64,000 bases of DNA from Gammaproteobacteria bacterium. GTDB lineage: Bacteria; Pseudomonadota; Gammaproteobacteria; GCA-001735895. Shown piece after piece: positions 56,173 through 64,000 of this stretch. Position numbers and translations under genes: made by a program. Location of the stretch: assembly GCA_024225395.1 (NCBI GenBank), contig JAAEMR010000020.1, forward strand, positions 327-64,326. Direction: 5' to 3'. The notes under the pieces were generated by a model. It was not told the origin of the DNA and did not search any database. It was given only the letters and a program-made list of their open reading frames with translations. Position 1 is the first letter of the stretch. Every line of letters begins with the position of its first letter.

Positions 56173-58479
56173 TTACTTAGTTTTTACCTTTACGGCGCCA
56201 TGCTCTTCCAGGAAGGTTTTAGCACGCAGACCCATATCAGCAGTTTTTACCTGATACTGCCAATGTTGACCAGCCCAGAGTGTAGCGTTCTGGTAGTCAC
56301 CTTTCTTGGCAAAAGCATCAGCTTTCTTCTTAGCTTCGTCAGCAAAACCTAATTGATCGGTCGCATCTTCAACCAGAGCTACAACTTCAGGGAAGTCTTT
56401 GTAGTTATGGCTAGTGATGAAACCTACAACGGAGTTGATAACCGCTTGAGTATCATTGTTGGTTTTAACCTGCTTGTCGTAGTCAGCTTTAGAGTAAGCC
56501 TGGCCTTCAGACATTTTACTCTTCTTGGCGACATAACCTTTAGGTTTAACTAACAGGTAACCCTGCATTTCAAGGTGAAGTGCAGAACAGAACTCTGTGC
56601 AGTAGTAAGGGAATACACCCGCCTTTTCCGCTTTGAAAGTTGCTGTTACCGTTTTACCAGGCTCGATAGATAACTGAACATTTTCGCTATAAACTGCAAA
56701 ACCGTGAGTTTCATCTTCCGCTCTTTCGAGGTTAGTCAGATGGATAGAAACTGTCTCGCCTTCTTCAACTTCGATGATTTCAGGCGTGATGTGTGAACGA
56801 ATAACCGTTCCGTAAACATGAACAACACCGTCTTTACGAACAACTTTCTCACGACCTGCACGAGTTTTGTAAGGTGAACGCTTATCAGTACGACTATCCC
56901 AACCAGACTTGTAACGAACAACCGGCTTCAACTTGTCTGCTTTGATTGCAACAACATAGTGCGGTTCGCCTAAAGGTAAAGGCATATCGTATAGCAGTGA
57001 CATCTTGGCATCTTTACCACCACTGATATCAATCAGCTGATGATTCTGTGGATGTAATGGCCCAACAGGGTTAAAACGGTCAATAGCCAGTTTATTCAAA
57101 GCAACCAGGTATTTTCCATCAGGAGAAACCGAATCACCTTCCATTGTCATTAAGTGACCAATGTTGTAGTGGATATGTATCTGATCAAGAACTTTACCTT
57201 CACAGTAGTCCCACTTGGTAACCATTGAGTCAACATAGATTGAAGTATAAACAACACATTCTGTTGCATCATACTGTGTATGAAGAGGCCCTAAACCAAC
57301 CTGAACCTGCTTATGCAAAGCATCTTTCATAGCAATGATAGGAATCCCGTAAGGGTCTTTACCTTCAAATTTCTTAGCATCGATAGCTTTCTTGATTTTA
57401 GCCCAGCTATAAACCCATGCATGGCTGTCTAACTTACCAGCAACAATGATGTGAGTTCCGTCAGGACTGACGTCAACACCGTGAGGACTTTTAGGCTCAG
57501 GAATCAAATATAGCAGATTTTCTTTAACCGCCTGCTCCATTGAGATCAGGTAAGAACCATTAACTTTCTTCACTTTACCAGCTGCAACCAGTTCAGCAGC
57601 TTTCTGCCAGTTAGTTACGTGTAAGAAGTCAGTATCTTTCGCAGAACAACCTGCTTCGAAAGGAGGACGCCCTTTTTCGATACCACCTACATAACGCTCA
57701 GAACAAAATGAGTTAGTGAAACCCCAGCCCATGCTTGCATTCTTACCCGCATCAGATAAATCCTGGCTGTAAGGAGGTAGCTCAAAAGTGAATGAGTTAG
57801 CTTCATCAATTCGACCTTCTTTATTATCGAATTTCCAGTAAGTCACACCACCACGATATTTATCATTGAACTCTTCCAGAGGTACGAAATCATTACTGAT
57901 TGGCGCCGCGTACTGGGCTGCAGACATGACATACTCAGAGTTAGGCGTTACAAACGCACCACCATGAGATGATTTAAAGAAAGGATTGCTTACGATTTGC
58001 TTAGTTTCAAAATCATGCAGATCAATTACAGCAATACGAGGATTGGCTTTATCATTAATGAATAGATATTTACCATTGTATTCACCAGCAGTTTCAGTAA
58101 ATGCAGGGTGGTGAGTATCACCAAATTTCAGCTCTCCATCCAGGTCGCCCTGATAAAGAACGCGCTTTGACTCATCATCAAAACCATAACCTTGCCATGG
58201 CTCCGGAGTAAACACCGCAATGTATTTCAAAATACGCATTGACGGAACACCGTAAACGATAACATGACCACTCTGACCACCTGATGCAAAAGCAAGGTAC
58301 TCATCACGACCACCCGTCGGGGTGTATGTCTTGGCAGCAGCCAATAAGTCTTTTTCAGTTAAGCCACGAGCTTCCATGACCTCTTTAAGCGTTTGAGCTG
58401 CTGTAGCAGTCGTGGCCAGGCCTAAGCCTAACCCCAACGTTAGCAGCGCAGCGCTGAGTTGCTTTAATCTTGGTTTCAT
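56173..58479 (-). CDS. nosZ: Nitrous-oxide reductase NosZ, clade II (Sec-type signal), with about 120-aa C-terminal extension; start revised to ATG 58479
   Basis: MKPRLKQLSAALLTLGLGLGLATTATAA has no twin-arginine. GGTGGGGA Shine-Dalgarno. CuA site CTEFCSALHLEM. Neighbours are nosB/G/H rather than nosR. Confidence 0.95.
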   Translation of the reverse strand: MKPRLKQLSAALLTLGLGLGLATTATAAQTLKEVMEARGLTEKDLLAAAKTYTPTGGRDEYLAFASGGQSGHVIVYGVPSMRILKYIAVFTPEPWQGYGFDDESKRVLYQGDLDGELKFGDTHHPAFTETAGEYNGKYLFINDKANPRIAVIDLHDFETKQIVSNPFFKSSHGGAFVTPNSEYVMSAAQYAAPISNDFVPLEEFNDKYRGGVTYWKFDNKEGRIDEANSFTFELPPYSQDLSDAGKNASMGWGFTNSFCSERYVGGIEKGRPPFEAGCSAKDTDFLHVTNWQKAAELVAAGKVKKVNGSYLISMEQAVKENLLYLIPEPKSPHGVDVSPDGTHIIVAGKLDSHAWVYSWAKIKKAIDAKKFEGKDPYGIPIIAMKDALHKQVQVGLGPLHTQYDATECVVYTSIYVDSMVTKWDYCEGKVLDQIHIHYNIGHLMTMEGDSVSPDGKYLVALNKLAIDRFNPVGPLHPQNHQLIDISGGKDAKMSLLYDMPLPLGEPHYVVAIKADKLKPVVRYKSGWDSRTDKRSPYKTRAGREKVVRKDGVVHVYGTVIRSHITPEIIEVEEGETVSIHLTNLERAEDETHGFAVYSENVQLSIEPGKTVTATFKAEKAGVFPYYCTEFCSALHLEMQGYLLVKPKGYVAKKSKMSEGQAYSKADYDKQVKTNNDTQAVINSVVGFITSHNYKDFPEVVALVEDATDQLGFADEAKKKADAFAKKGDYQNATLWAGQHWQYQVKTADMGLRAKTFLEEHGAVKVKTK

Positions 58480-58571
58480 TTTATCCCCACCATCATTAAA
58501 TAAGAAACAGATTTTGTTACAGTAAAAATCCTGAGAACAACGAATTTTGATCTCTGCGACATTTTGTCGCA

Positions 58572-58585
58572 TTGACATAAGTCAA
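58572..58585 (-). promoter_or_regulatory. Perfect palindromic FNR/DNR-family box TTGACataaGTCAA upstream of nosZ
   Basis: The centre lies about 99 nt upstream of ATG 58479. CAAAAT sits at the expected -10 distance on the minus strand. Confidence 0.55.
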
Positions 58586-58609
58586 AGGTTTGAGAATTAT
58601 TAAATTTTA

Positions 58610-58623
58610 TTGATATAGGTCAA
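58610..58623 (-). promoter_or_regulatory. Second FNR/DNR-type box TTGATatagGTCAA upstream of nosZ
   Basis: 9 of 10 match to TTGAT-N4-ATCAA. Lies 38 bp upstream of the first box. Confidence 0.5.
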
Positions 58624-58676
58624 TCATCTACTTTGGCACTATTGAACCAAATGATAAATCAGCAAGTTAAACGAAT

Positions 58677-61600
58677 TCAGTTGGCATCTAAAAGCTTATC
58701 CAGCGGAGCGGGGTGTGAAATAGCATATCCCTGCAAAAAATTAACGCCAATCTCTGTAAGTTTTTCAATTATTTCTTCATTTTCCACAAACTCTGCAATA
58801 GTCTGCATACCTGAAACCTGTCCCACTTCATTCACCGATTTAACGATAGCAAAGTCAATTGGATCATGGGTAATATCCTTCACAAACATGCCATCTATCT
58901 TTAGAAAGTCTACAGGTAAATTCTTGAGATGAGCATACGAAGCATGACCACTACCAAAGTCATCCAGCGAGAACTTACAACCCAGCAGTTTGATCTCATC
59001 TATAAACTGTTTAGCCTTGAACAAATCATTCATGGCTGCAGTTTCAGTAATTTCAAAACACACGGTGTCTTTATCAATGTTAAAATCGTTGAACTGCTGC
59101 TGGATATAACCAACCATATATTTATCCATGATGGATTGCCCGGATAAATTTATGGATAGTAATATCGGCCTGGAAAATTTAGTTTGATTTATTGACAACC
59201 ATCTAAAAACAGTCTTTATAACCCACCGGTCAAGAGTTATTGCCAGGCCATACCTTTCAGCTGCAGGTAAAAACATGGCTGGAGAAATTAGTTCACCGTC
59301 TTCGGATATCATGCGAACAAGGATTTCAAAATGAGTCCGCTGCTGATTCACTTCAGTAGACCTGATTTCCTGCTGAAACAGTGTCATCCTGTTATTCTCA
59401 AAGGATTCTGTTAACAGGTTAACTATTGAGCTTTCACCTCGTTTTCTTGCTGCAGCCGAATCATAGACCTGAACCCTGTTGCGCCCCCCTTCTTTTGCTG
59501 TATAACAGGCGGCATCAGCTTCACTGAGTAAATTATCCGCTGTTTCAGCTGAATTTGAAAACTCTACAAGACCAATACTGATCCCAACATTAAATACCTG
59601 ACCCTTCCAGAAAAACCTGAAGTCTTGCACGGAAGACCGCAACTTATTGGCCACTTTCAAACCAATATCTTTTGAGCAAAATTCCAGTAAAACAGCAAAC
59701 TCATCCCCCCCCAGCCGGGCAAAAGTATCACGCTGCCTTAACTGGCCAGACATTAACTTTGTTAACTGCTTTAATAATTCATCACCAGCAGCGTGACCTG
59801 CACTGTCATTTACAATTTTAAACCTGTCAAGATCCATAAACAGTAAAATATTTTCAGCGTTACTCTCTCTGGCCTTAACTACAGATTTTTGCAATCGCCT
59901 GTCAAATTCACGGCGATTTAACAATCCAGTCAGTGCATCATGGTTAGCCTGATGTTCAATTTCATTGGCATGCGCTCTGGACTGGGATACATCATGAAAA
60001 ACCAGTACCGCTCCCACAACCAGACCATCCGCATTTTTAATGGGAGCAGCGCTATCTTCAATTGGAATCTCCAAACCATGTCGATGAACTAACACGGTAT
60101 CATTACCCAACTCAACAATTTCTTTATTGCATAAACACTGAATAACAGGATCTTCAACCTTTTCCCCTGTCTTTTCATTCACAACCATAAATACCTGGGA
60201 AATATGCCTGCCAATAGCATCTTCTTCTGTCCAGCCACTGAGCCGTTCTGCAACAGGGTTAATAGAATTAATTTCCCCATCAATATCCGTTGTAATAACC
60301 CCGTCTCCAATTGAGTTAAGCGTTACCATGGCTCGCTCATGCTCTTCCATTAGTTTTTGCTCTGCTATGACCAGTTCAGAAACATCTGAAATAGAGGCTA
60401 TGATTTTATGTCCATCTGAGTGATCTAACGAACTCAGGCCTACCTCTACTGCAAATTCGGTTCCATTTTTTCGACGCCCAAGCAAGTGTCGACCTGTCCC
60501 CATAAGCCGGTTTTGAGGGTTATCGTTAAAGCTCTCTCGATGTTTGACATGTGCCCCACGTACATTTTCTGGCAATAATATATCCATGCCCTGATTCAAT
60601 AACTCATCATCAACATAGCCAAAAATTCCAGATGCACTTTTGTTGATTAATTCAATCAAACCATCCTCATTTATTACCATCATGCCATAAGGCGCGGACA
60701 TAAAGGTTTTTAGCAAATTCTGTTCACTTTTTTCTAACGCAAGGGTTCGTTGCTCAACCTTTAACTCCAGTTCATTATTAGAGCGTTTTAATCCCTCTTC
60801 TGCCAACAGCCTTGAGCTTTCTTCTACCCAGAGTCGCCATAAGAAAATAAATAACACGCTAACAAGCAACACAAAAGCGTAAGCTGAACGTAGCATTAAC
60901 TTATTTTTGTACTCAGATATGAGGTCTGTATTGGGTAAAGCCAGGATACTCCAGCCCGTTCCGGGCACAGTCTCCCTGTAAAGCGTTTTAGCCAGATAAT
61001 TATCATTCAATGAATTTCCAAACCAGGCACTTTGAAATACACCTTTAGCACTCATTTCAATCCTCTCAGGTGTAGCATTATTCACAACGAGTAAGGATTG
61101 GCCGGGTATCTGAGAATTTCTCAACAAATTCAAAAGCGGGAGAGCCCTGAAGCTGACAAAAAAGATCGGGCTGTTTGGGGATGTATCAATATTAGCCATC
61201 ACATCAAAATGATAATCTTCCGGACTTAGGCCATGCATCACCACTGTTTCTTCAAGTTTACCGGGGGACTGTGAAAAAAAAATAAGACCATCCTTACATT
61301 CAGTCCCCAGCTTTATCACCTTCTCTTCCAGTAAAGGAAGACCATCTGAATCACTCAACAAGTAGGTAAAATTATCAGGTAAGTGACTTTTAACAGATTC
61401 GCTTAGCAGCGCAAGATTGTCTTTATCCACCGGGAAATCGGCTATTTCCAGCAGTAAACTCCTCTGTTCACTGACTATAGTATGAACTACCTGACGACGC
61501 TGCTCCACATACTGACTTATATTATTAACAATACCTTTAACCGTAGCTTTTGCCAGATCCAGCTGGGTACGTTGATAACTGGCACTTTCAAAATGAACAA

Positions 61601-61721
61601 ACCAGCCCAACGCTATTGCCACAATCAAAAGCAGAAAAAAGGAAGGCACCGCCATAAAAAAAAACCGTTTTAACGTCACTGGCCTTAAAGTGCTAAATTT
61701 TTTGTGAGCGTTATTTATCAA
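58677..61721 (-). CDS. Membrane sensor with periplasmic domain, two PAS domains, GGDEF and EAL domains
   Basis: 1014 aa. Two transmembrane helices flank a 270-aa loop. RLGGDEFAVLL is an intact GGDEF. EAL-domain motifs are present: FEILVRM, FLPAAER, EITE, DDFGSG, QGY. Confidence 0.9.
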   Translation of the reverse strand: MINNAHKKFSTLRPVTLKRFFFMAVPSFFLLLIVAIALGWFVHFESASYQRTQLDLAKATVKGIVNNISQYVEQRRQVVHTIVSEQRSLLLEIADFPVDKDNLALLSESVKSHLPDNFTYLLSDSDGLPLLEEKVIKLGTECKDGLIFFSQSPGKLEETVVMHGLSPEDYHFDVMANIDTSPNSPIFFVSFRALPLLNLLRNSQIPGQSLLVVNNATPERIEMSAKGVFQSAWFGNSLNDNYLAKTLYRETVPGTGWSILALPNTDLISEYKNKLMLRSAYAFVLLVSVLFIFLWRLWVEESSRLLAEEGLKRSNNELELKVEQRTLALEKSEQNLLKTFMSAPYGMMVINEDGLIELINKSASGIFGYVDDELLNQGMDILLPENVRGAHVKHRESFNDNPQNRLMGTGRHLLGRRKNGTEFAVEVGLSSLDHSDGHKIIASISDVSELVIAEQKLMEEHERAMVTLNSIGDGVITTDIDGEINSINPVAERLSGWTEEDAIGRHISQVFMVVNEKTGEKVEDPVIQCLCNKEIVELGNDTVLVHRHGLEIPIEDSAAPIKNADGLVVGAVLVFHDVSQSRAHANEIEHQANHDALTGLLNRREFDRRLQKSVVKARESNAENILLFMDLDRFKIVNDSAGHAAGDELLKQLTKLMSGQLRQRDTFARLGGDEFAVLLEFCSKDIGLKVANKLRSSVQDFRFFWKGQVFNVGISIGLVEFSNSAETADNLLSEADAACYTAKEGGRNRVQVYDSAAARKRGESSIVNLLTESFENNRMTLFQQEIRSTEVNQQRTHFEILVRMISEDGELISPAMFLPAAERYGLAITLDRWVIKTVFRWLSINQTKFSRPILLSINLSGQSIMDKYMVGYIQQQFNDFNIDKDTVCFEITETAAMNDLFKAKQFIDEIKLLGCKFSLDDFGSGHASYAHLKNLPVDFLKIDGMFVKDITHDPIDFAIVKSVNEVGQVSGMQTIAEFVENEEIIEKLTEIGVNFLQGYAISHPAPLDKLLDAN

Positions 61722-61872
61722 TTTTTATCTTTATATTTCCGTTAGAGATATAACGGGTTATAGTAAATATCAAACTTTTAAATATTTTTTTTATAAGCTC
61801 GAAACACCATGCTTTTAATATTTATTATCACTGAGTGTAGTAGAAAGTTAACGAATTAACATAGATTAAAAA

Positions 61873-62943
61873 CTAACAGTTTCCAGGTGTATCTCCAGTT
61901 TCATCCCATGAATCAAGACAGATAGTCCTTTCTGCCTTTTCTAATAGACCAATCCTTTTAACATGTTGATAAAATTCAGCATAGTCACCCGCATGACTTC
62001 GTAACAATTTCCTGAAAACATTTACTCTTGAGTGATAAGTCGAGACCGATGCAAGCTTTGCATTATTCAAGTCCTTCTTAAACCAGTATTTAAAACCATC
62101 TGGAACCTCAAACCCCGATGAAAGTTGCTGATAATCTTCTTTTAACTGCTGCAAAAGTTGACCTTTTTGCAACCTCTTTTCACTCTCATTAAGATCTTCT
62201 TCATATAATCGTGTTAATTGGGAGCGACCTTTTTCAATCAGATGGGTTACTTTAAGGCGGTTCTTTTGATACTGCTTATACCGCTTTAATTTTTCAAACT
62301 GTCCTTTCTCAAACAACCACTTTTCAACTGCACTATATTGAACAGCCATGGCAAATGATTCATTAAACTGTGAATCCCCATCGATATACAAACGCTGGTG
62401 AGCAAGTTCATGAAAAATCAGGCCTGCAAGGCGATATTCCGGCCAGTATATAAACGTATTTAACACCGGGTCATCAAACCAGCCCAGTGTTGAATAGGCG
62501 GGTATGTTAGCTACATAAACATCCTTACCCTGTTGCAGCAGGGTTTCCTTAAATTTTTCCAGCAGCTTTTCATCAAAGTATCCTCTATAGCCCGCACATC
62601 CCACTACCGGATAACACCACCGTTGCAAAGCCGTCGAGAATTCTGCACTGGCAAACAGGTTTTTTAAAACATAACGACGGCCTACATCTGCATACTGGGT
62701 ATAACTGTCTGACTCGGGTAATTTTATTTCTTCAAATGCAAATTGACGAATACTGCCAACCAGTTTTAACTGTTGCTTCAATTTATCCTGAACGGATTCA
62801 TCCTGTAGCACATCATCAATATCCTGTGTTTTCTGAATAATTGAGAGTTGGCCTTTAACACTATGCATGTAATAAGACAGATCTGCACAGGCAGTCATTT
62901 GCAATACAACCAGGGATAGCAGAAATTTATAAAAACCATTCAT
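61873..62943 (-). CDS. Predicted zinc aminopeptidase lipoprotein (putative-aminopeptidase family)
   Basis: 356 aa. Leader with Cys (LQMTAC) and the HELAHQ zinc motif. Confidence 0.65.
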   Translation of the reverse strand: MNGFYKFLLSLVVLQMTACADLSYYMHSVKGQLSIIQKTQDIDDVLQDESVQDKLKQQLKLVGSIRQFAFEEIKLPESDSYTQYADVGRRYVLKNLFASAEFSTALQRWCYPVVGCAGYRGYFDEKLLEKFKETLLQQGKDVYVANIPAYSTLGWFDDPVLNTFIYWPEYRLAGLIFHELAHQRLYIDGDSQFNESFAMAVQYSAVEKWLFEKGQFEKLKRYKQYQKNRLKVTHLIEKGRSQLTRLYEEDLNESEKRLQKGQLLQQLKEDYQQLSSGFEVPDGFKYWFKKDLNNAKLASVSTYHSRVNVFRKLLRSHAGDYAEFYQHVKRIGLLEKAERTICLDSWDETGDTPGNC

Positions 62944-63072
62944 CTTTCTTCATTTAATATGTTTTTTCCAGAATTCATCTATAACCTGAAACACATCAAA
63001 TTAAAAGAAAAAGACGATATACTCGAATAATGAGAATAAACCTGATCCGACCATAGAAACTCAAACCAGGAA

Positions 63073-64000
63073 ATGCAAGCTGACATGCAAACTCAAAATA
63101 GAATCCATTTTCTGCAGAATATTATATTAATCAACCTGCTCCTGATAAGTACAGCGTCTTACGCTACCGAAGCAATCATTAACTATGCCAGCCTTGCTCA
63201 GCCAGTCTGGTCGCAACACGGCATGGTTTCGTCCCAGCAAAAAATAGCCACAGAAGTTGGAGTAGAAATTTTAAAACAGGGCGGTAATGCCATTGATGCA
63301 GCCGTTGCGGTTGGATTCACACTGGCAGTAACTCTTCCTCGTGCAGGTAATCTGGGCGGAGGCGGCTTTATGCTGGTGCATCTGGCAAAAACTAATCAAA
63401 CTATCGCACTGGATTACCGGGAAATGGCTCCGCTCAATGCGTTTCGAGACATGTACCTTAATAAAGATGGTTCTGTCGATAAAAACCGTTCACGTTTTCA
63501 CGGGCTTGCTATAGGCGTCCCGGGCACCGTAAAAGGATTGACTCAAGCTTTAGAAAAATATGGCAGCATGTCGCTTCAGCAAGTATTACAACCGGCCATA
63601 GAGCTTGCATCAAAAGGCTTCTTAGTTGATCGGGATTTAGCACTGTCTCTAAAACGATCCATTAAACGACTTACCCGCTGGCCTGCAACTGCAAAAGTTT
63701 TTTACCATGGTGATGGCTCCAGTTATGAAACGGGAGAGCTGTTCAAACAACCTGATCTGGCCAGAACACTGCAAAAAATATCCCGGCAAGGTGCATCTGC
63801 TTTTTACCGGGGTGAAGTTGCCAGCAAAATCATTGATGCCGTCAAACTGGCTGGCGGCAACATGCAACTTGATGACATGTCAAATTATCAGGTAAAAATA
63901 AGACAACCCGTTTCCGGTAATTATCGTGGATACCGTATCGACTCCATGCCCCCACCTTCATCCGGTGGTACTCATATAATCCAGATATTAAACATCATGG
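63073..64000 (+). CDS. ggt: Gamma-glutamyltranspeptidase, 5' part (runs off window end)
   Basis: Manual translation MQADMQTQNRIHFLQ...HGMVSSQQKIATEVGVEILKQGGNAIDAAVAVGFTLAVTLPRAGNLGGGGFMLVH...PPPSSGG. Not in the track because it is open-ended. Confidence 0.9.
   Translation, partial: MQADMQTQNRIHFLQNIILINLLLISTASYATEAIINYASLAQPVWSQHGMVSSQQKIATEVGVEILKQGGNAIDAAVAVGFTLAVTLPRAGNLGGGGFMLVHLAKTNQTIALDYREMAPLNAFRDMYLNKDGSVDKNRSRFHGLAIGVPGTVKGLTQALEKYGSMSLQQVLQPAIELASKGFLVDRDLALSLKRSIKRLTRWPATAKVFYHGDGSSYETGELFKQPDLARTLQKISRQGASAFYRGEVASKIIDAVKLAGGNMQLDDMSNYQVKIRQPVSGNYRGYRIDSMPPPSSGGTHIIQILNIM

Noticed and set aside
1-64000. CRISPR arrays, IS elements or transposases, tRNA, rRNA, toxin-antitoxin pairs, and defence systems
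   Set aside because: I read all intergenic regions longer than 100 bp. I found no regularly spaced direct repeats, no cloverleaf-like sequences, and no transposase, nuclease or helicase-type ORFs.

Overview
Chromosomal segment of a sulfur-oxidising gammaproteobacterium. The taxon is inferred from gene order (soxYZ, lptM-lysA-dapF-DUF484-xerC, hslVU, ubiE-ubiJ-ubiB) and looks Thiotrichales-like. The sequence is moderately AT-rich by eye; this was not computed. All family calls come from motif recognition in the supplied translations and my own manual translations; no database search was possible. There are three blocks. (1) 1-15.5 kb is housekeeping: soxYZ separated by a long inverted repeat, lysine and recombination genes, hslVU behind a sigma-32-type promoter, and the ubiquinone operon. 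It ends with an uncharacterised DUF1538 membrane protein followed by two P-II-like genes. (2) 15.7-30 kb is a glycerol / glycerol-3-phosphate supercluster: a Rhizobium-type glycerol ABC importer, glpR, glpK, aerobic glpD, and anaerobic glpC-glpA-glpB. (3) About 30-61.7 kb is an anaerobic N-oxide respiration island. It contains a NIT-domain chemoreceptor and a tightly coupled MenA-like / BASS transporter / second UbiE-MenG cassette, which is my top candidate for an undescribed system (naphthoquinone precursor salvage feeding quinol-dependent reductases). It also holds a multiheme operon with an intact pentaheme, an HAO-family octaheme and a NapC/NirT tetraheme, plus visibly decayed octaheme and cytochrome b genes. 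Further along are a histidine-less ZnuA-like domain fused to a Sco copper chaperone, and a complete clade II nos cluster (nosZ, c-type cytochromes, nosB-D-G-H-F-L-Y). The island carries at least four FNR/DNR-type boxes and a PAS-GGDEF-EAL sensor. I found no rRNA, tRNA, CRISPR, IS or prophage genes.
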